Shown here: piece by piece, positions 57,200 through 64,000 of the stretch
Numbering within the stretch: position 1 is the first letter of the stretch
How the letters are laid out: the number at the start of each line of letters is the position of its first letter
Assembly (NCBI GenBank): GCA_028817405.1
Contig: JAPPPS010000105.1
Span: forward strand, 6,757-70,756
From: Gammaproteobacteria bacterium
Lineage (GTDB): Bacteria > Pseudomonadota > Gammaproteobacteria > Arenicellales > Poriferihabitantaceae
Direction of reading: 5' to 3'
Length of the DNA: 64,000 nucleotides
Notes under the pieces: generated by a model
What the model saw: the letters and a program-made list of their open reading frames with translations, nothing else
Told to the model about the DNA's origin: nothing
Database searches by the model: none
Program-made: the position numbers and the translations under genes

Positions 57200-58048
57200 T
57201 TACGGTTTGTCGCCGCGCTTCAAACGCGCTTCGATGTCGTCCAAGCACGGCATCAAATCGGCGATGCTGTCGATGACATAGTGCGCGCCGCGCTGGTACA
57301 TGCTGGGATAGATTCGGTCGCGGTGTTTTTGTTTTGCCGCATCGGACAGCGCGTTCCATTGGTCCAGTTGCATGCCGACTTCGTTGCCGGAAATCGCCAA
57401 GCCGATGGCCCAGCAGCCGGCGTTCAAGCCTTCCTCGATGCCGGTCAGCGTGTCGTCGATTTTGACCGCCGACTGCACCGGCGAGATGTCGAGTTCGACC
57501 AAGTTGCGCAGCACCATGTGCGGGAACGGCCGGCCGCGCGCGACATCGCCGGCGCCGAAAGTGGCGTCCGGAACATAGCCTTGCTTCTCGGCGTCGGCTT
57601 GGTTAATCGCCAACATGCCCGGCAAGTAGCCGGAGGTGGAGCCGATTTTATAACCGCGGTTGCGGCATTCGGCGATGGTCTCAAGCGTGCCGGGAATGAG
57701 TTGCGAATAATCCGACAAACACGCCTCCTGCATCGGCACGAAGTCCTCGAACATGCGACTGACATCATCGTCGGTCGGCTCGGCGCCGTGCGCTTCCACC
57801 CACCGTCGGCGCACGCTGGGAATCTCGCAAATCAAACCGATGTGCACTTTCTTGTGCGCGCCCATCGGAACGCGCGCTTCCTCGACGCTGATGGGGACGC
57901 CGGCCTTCTCGAACACCTGGCAGAACACCACGGCCGGCGCAAGGCAGCCGAAGTCCATGGTGGTGCCGGCCCAGTCGAGAATGACGCAGCGCAGCGGGCC
58001 GCGGTATGCGCGACTGTAGGTAAACTCTCTCTCATGTGTGAATTGCAT
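57200..58048 (-). CDS. phnX: phosphonoacetaldehyde hydrolase (HAD superfamily)
   Basis: 'VILDWAGTTMDFGCLAPAVVFCQVFEKAGVPISVEEARVPMG' matches the PhnX N-terminal catalytic region. ATG at 58048. Confidence 0.85.
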   Translation of the reverse strand: MQFTHEREFTYSRAYRGPLRCVILDWAGTTMDFGCLAPAVVFCQVFEKAGVPISVEEARVPMGAHKKVHIGLICEIPSVRRRWVEAHGAEPTDDDVSRMFEDFVPMQEACLSDYSQLIPGTLETIAECRNRGYKIGSTSGYLPGMLAINQADAEKQGYVPDATFGAGDVARGRPFPHMVLRNLVELDISPVQSAVKIDDTLTGIEEGLNAGCWAIGLAISGNEVGMQLDQWNALSDAAKQKHRDRIYPSMYQRGAHYVIDSIADLMPCLDDIEARLKRGDKP

Positions 58049-58085
58049 CGTGAACACCTGTCGGTTGAAGGTTGGATGGGAAGTT

Positions 58086-58127
58086 AACGAATCGAAATAA
58101 AACAAATCGAAGTCAACGAATCGAAAT
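58086..58127. promoter_or_regulatory. direct repeats AACGAATCGAAAT x2 (AATCGAA x3) in the AT-rich phnX upstream region
   Basis: The 13-mer occurs at 58086-58098 and 58115-58127, and the AATCGAA core also at 58105-58111. The repeats lie 38-79 nt upstream of the phnX ATG. An A7 run at 58130-58136 next to a GC-rich palindrome (cggccg) may serve as the queG terminator on the minus strand. Confidence 0.35.
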
Positions 58128-58236
58128 TTAAAAAAAGCGGCCGGGCAACGGCGCATCCGCGCGCGGCCGGCGGAAACGCAAAGTAGCGCAAAACCGCGCC
58201 GGCCGCAAATGGATATTTCGCGCGTTTGATATTGCC

Positions 58237-59478
58237 TTAATCAATACCGGCCGGCGGCGAGCGGTCACACGGCGGGCGGCGGGCGGCGACCGCGGTGCGT
58301 GGCGGCGCAATCATGCGCGTTGTTGCCGCGCAATCATCCGCTATCGTCGCCGCCGCCCGGCCGGCATGCTGCGCCAACGCCCAGTCGACATGCTCGCGCA
58401 CCAGTTCGCTTGGATGCGTTTGGCGGCTGCGCAGCGCGTCGATGATTGCGCCGTCACCGCGCGCATCGTCTTCGTCGCGCGCATTTTGGTCGTGTGCTTT
58501 TTGGTCGCGCGCATTCCCCAACGCCACCGCGATGTTGCGCAGCCATCTGACATGGCCGATGCGGCGAATCGCCGAGCCTTCGGTGTACCGTTCGAAGTCG
58601 CGTTCATCCCAAGCGAACAACGCGGTTAACGCGCGCGCATCGAGTCCATGGCGAATGACGAAGTCCGGTTGCGCGGTAACTTGCGCGTAACGATTCCACG
58701 GGCAGACCAGTTGACAGTCATCGCAGCCGAAGATGCGGTTGCCGACATGTTTGCGCAGATGCGTTGGAATGCTGCCGTGCAGTTCGATGGTGAGATACGA
58801 GATGCACCGTCGCGCGTCGAGTTGGTACGGCGCGACGATGGCGCGGGTCGGGCAGATGTCGATGCAGGCCGCACAACTGCCGCAGTGCGCGGCGACCGGC
58901 GCGTCCACCGGCAGCGGCAAGTCGGTGTACAGTTCGCCGAGGAAGAACCACGAGCCGCTTTCCCGGTTCAACAAGTTGGTGTGTTTGCCAATCCAACCGT
59001 GGCCGGATTTTTGCGCCAGCGCTTTTTCCATCACCGGCGCGCTGTCGCAGAACGCGCGATAACCGAAGTCGCCGACTTCGCCGCTGATTCGCGTCGCCAA
59101 CTGTTGCAGTTTGCGGCGCATGACTTTGTGGTAGTCGCGCCCCAACGCATAGCGCGAGATGTATCCGATGCGCGAATCATTCAACGCCGCCTGCGCCGCG
59201 TCCATGCGCTGCGGCAAGTAGTCCATGCGCGCGGTGATGACGCGCAGCGTGCCGTCCACCAACGCGGCCGGCCGCGTACGCTTGCGGCCGTGCTTCGACA
59301 TATACGCCATCTCACCGTGAAACCCGCGCGCCAGCCAGTCGCCAAGATGCCGCTCGGCCTCAGCCAAGTCGACATCGCTGACCTTGATGCGCGCAAACCC
59401 CAACTGCGCGCCCCAGGCTTTAATCAACTCGGCCAGCGCGCGGTGGTCGATGGAATGACGGGTTGCCGGTTGATGCAT
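58237..59478 (-). CDS. queG: epoxyqueuosine reductase QueG
   Basis: Two 4Fe-4S motifs 'CGSCAACIDICP' and 'CDDCQLVCPWN', plus 'CISYLTIE'. ATG at 59478. Divergent from nnr as in E. coli. Long low-complexity C-terminus. Confidence 0.9.
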   Translation of the reverse strand: MHQPATRHSIDHRALAELIKAWGAQLGFARIKVSDVDLAEAERHLGDWLARGFHGEMAYMSKHGRKRTRPAALVDGTLRVITARMDYLPQRMDAAQAALNDSRIGYISRYALGRDYHKVMRRKLQQLATRISGEVGDFGYRAFCDSAPVMEKALAQKSGHGWIGKHTNLLNRESGSWFFLGELYTDLPLPVDAPVAAHCGSCAACIDICPTRAIVAPYQLDARRCISYLTIELHGSIPTHLRKHVGNRIFGCDDCQLVCPWNRYAQVTAQPDFVIRHGLDARALTALFAWDERDFERYTEGSAIRRIGHVRWLRNIAVALGNARDQKAHDQNARDEDDARGDGAIIDALRSRQTHPSELVREHVDWALAQHAGRAAATIADDCAATTRMIAPPRTAVAARRPPCDRSPPAGID

Positions 59479-59607
59479 GAGATGCGTTGATGTTTTGTAA
59501 CCGTGCGGCCGCTTTTTGAGTTGTTGCAATTTTTGCAACAACTGGTCGCCCGGTCGCCGTTTGATTCCATGGTAGTGTAAAGTAAAACGCGCGCGAACTT
59601 AACCACC

Positions 59608-61101
59608 ATGCTCCCCGCGGAAATTTACCAAGCGCATCAGACGCGCGAACTGGACCGCTTTGTCATCGAACAATGCGGCGTGCCGGGGCTCGAGTTAATG
59701 CGCCGCGCCGGCGAGGCCGCGTTTGCGCGCATGATGGAACGGTACAGCGGCGCCGGTTGCATGGTCGTGGTGTGCGGGCCGGGCAACAACGGCGGCGACG
59801 GTTATGTGGTCGCCGAATGCGCGCGGCGAATCGGCATGCGCGTGACCGTGTTGGCCGCGGCCGCGCCGGCCACCGCCGATGCCGCGGCCGCGGCCCGCGG
59901 TTACCGCGGCGCCGGCGGCGACATCATCGCAATCAAAAACACAAACGATTGTGCCGCGCTCGACGATGCGGACCTAATTGTCGACGCGCTGTTCGGCACC
60001 GGCTTGAGTCGCGCGCCGCAGGGCCTCGCCGCGGACTTGATTCGGCGCATCGAAAACGCGCCCGGCGCGGTGCTCGCGCTCGACATGCCGTCCGGTTTGC
60101 ACAGCGACACCGGCGCGGCGTTTGAGCCGTGCGTCGCCGCCGACCTGACGGTCACCTTCATCGGCGTAAAACTCGGCTTGCTGACCGGGCGGGGGCGGGC
60201 GCGCGCCGGCGAAATCGTGTTTGAAGACTTGCGCATCCCCGTGGAGGCGCGCAACGCGGTGCCGCCGGCCGCGCGTCTCATCGCGCCGCCGAAGTTGCCG
60301 CCGCGCGCGATGGATGCGCACAAAGGCGACGCCGGCCGGGTGTTGGTGGTCGGCGGCGAAAGCGGCATGTTGGGCGCGACGCTGCTGGCCGGGGAAGCGG
60401 CGCTGCGCTGCGGCAGCGGCTTGGTGACGGTCGCCGGCCCCGAGGCGCACCTCGACTTGCCGGCGTTGCGCTGCGCTGAGTTGATGAGCGCCGATGCGGT
60501 GGTACTGGGGCCCGGCCTCGGCCAGTCCGACTGGAGCGCGCAAGTATTCGCGCGTTTTATCGACAGCAAATCGCCGCTCGTGGTCGATGCCGACGCCCTC
60601 AATCACCTGGCTCACCCGGCGCGCGCGCCGCGCGATGCCAGCCGCGGCCCGGACCGGATTCTCACCCCGCATCCCGGCGAGGCCGCGCGCCTGCTACAAC
60701 TCGCGCCGGCCGACATCGAGGCCGACCGGCCCGCGGCCGCGCGCGCCATCGCCGAACAATTCGGCGGCGTCTGCGTCCTCAAAGGCGCGGGGACGCTGGT
60801 CGCGGCGGCCGAAGAGTCGGGGGCGGGGGCGGCGTTGTTGGTCTGCGACCGCGGCAATCCGGGCATGGCGAGCGCGGGCATGGGCGATGTGTTGTCGGGC
60901 ATCGCCGGCGCGTTGTTGGGCCAGGGAATGCCGGCCCTCGACGCGGCCGCGGCCGCGGTGTGGCTGCACTCAACCGCGGCCGATGTCGCGGCGGAAACAA
61001 CCGGCCAGCGCGGCTTGTTGGCGCGGGATGTCATCGCCGGCCTGCCGCGGTTGCTGCGGCACATCGAGACCGCCGGGCGGCGCGAACGACGCGCACGGTA
61101 G
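59608..61101 (+). CDS. nnr: bifunctional NAD(P)H-hydrate repair enzyme Nnr (epimerase + ADP-dependent dehydratase)
   Basis: YjeF-N 'GPGNNGGDGYVVA' and YjeF-C 'KGDAGRVLVVGG', 'GMASAGMGDVLSG'. Confidence 0.92.
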   Translation: MLPAEIYQAHQTRELDRFVIEQCGVPGLELMRRAGEAAFARMMERYSGAGCMVVVCGPGNNGGDGYVVAECARRIGMRVTVLAAAAPATADAAAAARGYRGAGGDIIAIKNTNDCAALDDADLIVDALFGTGLSRAPQGLAADLIRRIENAPGAVLALDMPSGLHSDTGAAFEPCVAADLTVTFIGVKLGLLTGRGRARAGEIVFEDLRIPVEARNAVPPAARLIAPPKLPPRAMDAHKGDAGRVLVVGGESGMLGATLLAGEAALRCGSGLVTVAGPEAHLDLPALRCAELMSADAVVLGPGLGQSDWSAQVFARFIDSKSPLVVDADALNHLAHPARAPRDASRGPDRILTPHPGEAARLLQLAPADIEADRPAAARAIAEQFGGVCVLKGAGTLVAAAEESGAGAALLVCDRGNPGMASAGMGDVLSGIAGALLGQGMPALDAAAAAVWLHSTAADVAAETTGQRGLLARDVIAGLPRLLRHIETAGRRERRAR

Positions 61102-61170
61102 CGGCGGCCGCCGACAAAAACGCCCGCGCCCCCCGGCGAAAACAATCCCCGCCGCAGCGCCAAAACCCCG

Positions 61171-61899
61171 TCAGTTTAAACTCGCCCTGAGCGCCGCGAC
61201 TATGGTCAGCGGCGCGAACGCCAGCGCCAACAGCAGCAACGCGCCGAGCCACAACAGCGGCGCGGCGACCAAATCCCCGCCGTCGCCGATGCCTCCGGCC
61301 GCGGCCGCCGCATTCACCGCGCCCGCGCCGAAAATCAAAACCGGCAGCGTCAGCGGCAGCACCAACAACGCCAGCAGCGCGCCGCCGCCGCGCGCCGCCA
61401 ACGTCAGCGCCGCGCCGACCGCCCCGACCAAACTCAGCGCCGGCGTGCCGAGCAATAAACTCGCCAACAGCGCCGGCCAGGCGTGGCGCGGCAGGCCCAA
61501 CATTTCCGCCAACAGCGGCGCGCTCAACACCAGCGGCGCGCCGCTCAGCAGCCAGTGCAGCAGGGTTTTGGTCAGCGCCAACACGGTCGGCGGATGCGGG
61601 CTGAGCAGGAGTTGTTCGAGCGCGCCGTCGCGGTAGTCATCCGCGAACACGCGCGGTAACGCCAGCAGCGTCGCCAGTAGCGCGCCGACCCAAATCACCG
61701 CCGCCGCGACCTCCGCTAACAACGCCGCATCCGGCCCCGCGGCGAACGCGAACAACGCCGCGACGATGACGAAGAACAGTAGCGGCTGCAGGATTTCGCC
61801 GCGCCGCCGCCAGGCGACGCTCAAGTCGCGGCGCAGTAGCGCGGCGCAGGCGGCGCAGGCGGCGGACGCGCCCGGAGAAAACGATGCCGGCGCGCTCAT
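61171..61899 (-). CDS. ccmB: heme exporter protein CcmB
   Basis: 'LLRRDLSVAWRRRGEILQPLLFFVIV', six TM helices, and an ATGA overlap with ccmA. Confidence 0.9.
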   Translation of the reverse strand: MSAPASFSPGASAACAACAALLRRDLSVAWRRRGEILQPLLFFVIVAALFAFAAGPDAALLAEVAAAVIWVGALLATLLALPRVFADDYRDGALEQLLLSPHPPTVLALTKTLLHWLLSGAPLVLSAPLLAEMLGLPRHAWPALLASLLLGTPALSLVGAVGAALTLAARGGGALLALLVLPLTLPVLIFGAGAVNAAAAAGGIGDGGDLVAAPLLWLGALLLLALAFAPLTIVAALRASLN

Positions 61900-62513
61900 G
61901 TGAAATCCGCCAAGCGCAGTTGCCGCGCCCGCCCGGCCGCCAACTCGCGGTGGCTGGTGAAAACCGCCATGCCGCCGCTTGCGGCCTGCGCGGCGAGGAT
62001 TTCATCCAGTTGCCGCAGCGCGGAGTCGTCCAGCGCGGCGGCCGGCTCGTCCAGCAGCCAAACGCCGCCGGGCCGCAGCAACAGCCCGGCGATGGCGGCG
62101 CGCCGGCGCTGCCCGGCCGACAACGCGCGGCACGGCAAATGCAGGCAGCCGCCCAACCCCATGCGCCGCAACGCCGCGCGCGCGTCCAAGTCCGGCGCGG
62201 CGCGGCCGGCCAACGCGCAGGCCGCGCGCAAGTTTTCCAGCGCGCTCAAGTCGCCGTTCAACGCGTCGCGGTGGCCGATGTAGACGAGCGCGCGGTGGAA
62301 GTCGGCGCGGTTTTTGCCAATCGGCGCGCCGCCCCACCGCACCTCGCCGGCCTCCGGCAAACTCAAGCCGCACAAGAGTCGCAGCAGCGAAGTTTTGCCG
62401 CTGCCGTTTTCGCCGCGGATGTGCAGCAAATCGCCGCCTTCCAATTTGCAACTCAGGCCGCTAAACAACCGCCGCTGGCCGCGCACGCATTCCAGACCGC
62501 TGGCTTCAAGCAT
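61896..62513 (-). CDS. ccmA: heme ABC exporter ATP-binding protein CcmA
   Basis: Walker A 'GENGSGKTSLLR', signature 'LSAGQRRR', Walker B 'LWLLDEP'. ATG at 62513; the ORF-track TTG at 62531 is the alternative. Confidence 0.92.
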   Translation of the reverse strand: MLEASGLECVRGQRRLFSGLSCKLEGGDLLHIRGENGSGKTSLLRLLCGLSLPEAGEVRWGGAPIGKNRADFHRALVYIGHRDALNGDLSALENLRAACALAGRAAPDLDARAALRRMGLGGCLHLPCRALSAGQRRRAAIAGLLLRPGGVWLLDEPAAALDDSALRQLDEILAAQAASGGMAVFTSHRELAAGRARQLRLADFT

Positions 62514-62692
62514 GAGTTGGATGCGGCGCAAGCGCGCCGGATGACGGCGACAAGATTCGACAACGGCGCCCGGCGGGCCCCCAGAACCGCATAGTGTAGG
62601 GCGGCCACCGGCGTCGATTCAAGCGCCCGGCGCTGAACTCCGGGCGATGCCTTTGTTGCAATTCAAGCCGCGTGTTTGGCGCGGTGTTGGGG

Positions 62693-63727
62693 TCAATCCA
62701 ACTTCAAATTATCAATCAGCCGCACTTTGCCGATGGTGGCGGCGATTAGGGCGCGGGCTTGGGGGGGCGGGGCCGGCGGGGGGTGTTCGCTCCAGTTGGC
62801 GGGGTCGCGGACGGTGGCGTAGTCGAGGGCGATTTGCGGGTGTTGCAGGCGGGCGCGCATGACGGATTCGAGGGCGGCGGGGGCGCGCGCGCCGGATTGC
62901 CATGCCGCTTTCGCCGCGAGTAGCGCTTGATAAATTTGCGCCGCGGCGTCGCGCCCGGCGGCGTTCAGGCGGCGGTTGCGCGACGACAATGCCAGGCCGG
63001 AGGCGTCGCGCACGGTCGGGCAGACGCGCACTTCGATGCCGCTGAAGCGCCGCGCGAGGTGCGCGACCACGAGGGTTTGCTGGAAGTCCTTCTCGCCGAA
63101 ATAGGCGCGGCAGGGGCCGACCGTGGCGAACAACCGCGCGACGATGCGGCACACGCCTTGCAGGTGGCCGGGGCGGAATTCGCCTTCCAAGCCGCGCGCG
63201 CCGGGGCCGGGGTCGATGGCGGCGGCGGAGTCCAGCGCGCCGGGGGCGGGGTCGATGGCGGCGCTTGCGTCAGCGCCGGAGTCCAGCGCGCCGGGGCCGG
63301 GGTCGATGGTGGCGGCGGAGTCCAGCGCGCCGGGGCCCACGCCAGAATCCGGGCCGGGGTCGACGCTACCGTCGATGTCGCCACCGCCGCCACCGTCGCC
63401 ACCGTCGCCGCCTGCGCCATCCGCGTCCGGGAAAAATTCCGCCGGCGTGCCGGTGAAAACCATCGCGCAGCCGGCGCGGTTGAGCAGGGCGGTGTCGCGT
63501 TGCCAGTCGCGCGGGTAGTCGCGCAGGTCGGCGCGGTCGTTGAACTGCAAGGGGTTGACGAAAATGCTGGCGCAGGCGGCGGCGTTCTCGCGCACCGCGC
63601 GCTCCACCAGCGATAGGTGGCCGGCGTGCAGCGCGCCCATGGTGGGGACATAGCCGAGCGTCACGCCGCGCGCGCGTTGTTCAGCGCACCATTTCGATGC
63701 GCGTTGCGGCGACGGCAGTTCAATCAT
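62693..63727 (-). CDS. panC: pantoate--beta-alanine ligase with an insert of about 85 aa built from tandem repeats
   Basis: 'GYVPTMGALHAGHLSL', 'SIFVNPLQF', 'FRPGHLQGV'. Insert spans nt about 63150-63420. Confidence 0.92.
   Translation of the reverse strand: MIELPSPQRASKWCAEQRARGVTLGYVPTMGALHAGHLSLVERAVRENAAACASIFVNPLQFNDRADLRDYPRDWQRDTALLNRAGCAMVFTGTPAEFFPDADGAGGDGGDGGGGGDIDGSVDPGPDSGVGPGALDSAATIDPGPGALDSGADASAAIDPAPGALDSAAAIDPGPGARGLEGEFRPGHLQGVCRIVARLFATVGPCRAYFGEKDFQQTLVVAHLARRFSGIEVRVCPTVRDASGLALSSRNRRLNAAGRDAAAQIYQALLAAKAAWQSGARAPAALESVMRARLQHPQIALDYATVRDPANWSEHPPPAPPPQARALIAATIGKVRLIDNLKLD
63197..63340. repeat. 39/51/39-bp tandem repeats inside panC (encode IDPGPGALDSxA units)
   Basis: Units at 63197-63235, 63236-63286 (with 12 extra nt) and 63287-63325, then a partial fourth copy. 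Each contains ggagtccagcg, an 11-mer also present in the left arm of the 18264 element. Confidence 0.85.
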
Positions 63728-64000
63728 CGAGTCACGGTGTTGCGGCCGGTACCGTCACGGTCACGGTCACGGTCACCGTCACCGGCATCGTCACCGGCAC
63801 CGCGGTCACCACCGTCACCACCGTCACCGACATCGCCACCGTCACCGGCATCGACATCGCCGGCGACACCGTCACCGTCATCACAACCATCGCCGCGGCC
63901 GGCATCTTCGCCGAGTCCACCGTCACCGTCGCCCCCACCCGCATCCAACCACCGCCCGATATCCTCGACGCTGCCGACCACCGCGCTCGCGCCCCAGTCG
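63724..64000 (-). CDS. 3' end of an unidentified upstream gene (panB/folK position) with a Gly/Asp-rich tail of about 75 aa
   Basis: The frame stays open to the window edge (...DWGASAVVGSVEDIGRWLDAGGGDGDG...). Its TGA overlaps the panC ATG (ATGA at 63724-63727). The tail is encoded by a GTCACC array at 63735-63960. Confidence 0.5.
   Translation of the reverse strand, partial: DWGASAVVGSVEDIGRWLDAGGGDGDGGLGEDAGRGDGCDDGDGVAGDVDAGDGGDVGDGGDGGDRGAGDDAGDGDRDRDRDGTGRNTVTR

Noticed and set aside
62624-62646. Stem-loop cgcccgg/ccgggcg downstream of panC, considered as a rho-independent terminator.
   Set aside because: A 7-bp stem with no following U tract on the panC strand. In sequence this GC-rich such hairpins are frequent by chance.
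63724-63981. 85-aa Gly/Asp-rich ORF considered as an independent gene.
   Set aside because: The frame stays open upstream to the window edge, and the ORF-track start is only an internal GTG. It is treated instead as the C-terminal tail of the truncated upstream gene.

Overview
This is a very GC-rich chromosomal segment; sampled 60-nt host lines run about 70-78% GC. The gene order is typical of a gammaproteobacterium. Most of the window is conserved housekeeping synteny: der-bamB-yfgM-hisS-rodZ-rlmN-ndk, mtaB, erpA/iscA, aspS, secA-argJ-mutT/coaE, lepA-lepB-rnc-era-recO, aceE/aceF, pmbA-tldD, infA, ftsY/rsmD-coaD, queG/nnr, ccmAB and panC. Several transport and metabolic modules sit among these: tauE-tctCBA with a class-V PLP enzyme, a TRAP transporter, glpK with two FAD oxidoreductases, tpm and phnX. 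I saw no rRNA, tRNA, CRISPR array, integrase or transposase. Two things stand out. (1) Three compact low-GC islets carry four DNA methyltransferases and are wedged within a few bp of essential genes. The most striking is a three-gene restriction-modification-like cassette inserted exactly between aceE and aceF. It encodes a RadC-N-terminal-like HhH domain fused to an SPPY methyltransferase, a Dam-like methyltransferase, and a 387-aa protein with a D...ExK motif. A second islet is a methyltransferase-HNH single-chain fusion that overlaps the aspS stop codon (ATGA). (2) A family of small palindromic elements (CCCCCGC-N10-GCGGGGG-TGACG) is physically linked to GGTGAC/GTCACC hexamer arrays. The elements and arrays occur between genes and, in frame, inside housekeeping genes, where they are always read as PRHPR..LSGG or Gly-Asp tracts. 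Rickettsia palindromic elements are the known precedent for this kind of in-frame insertion. Nearly every conserved protein in the window carries short tandem-repeat-derived low-complexity insertions. All functional calls rest on motif and family recognition by eye; no database search was possible.
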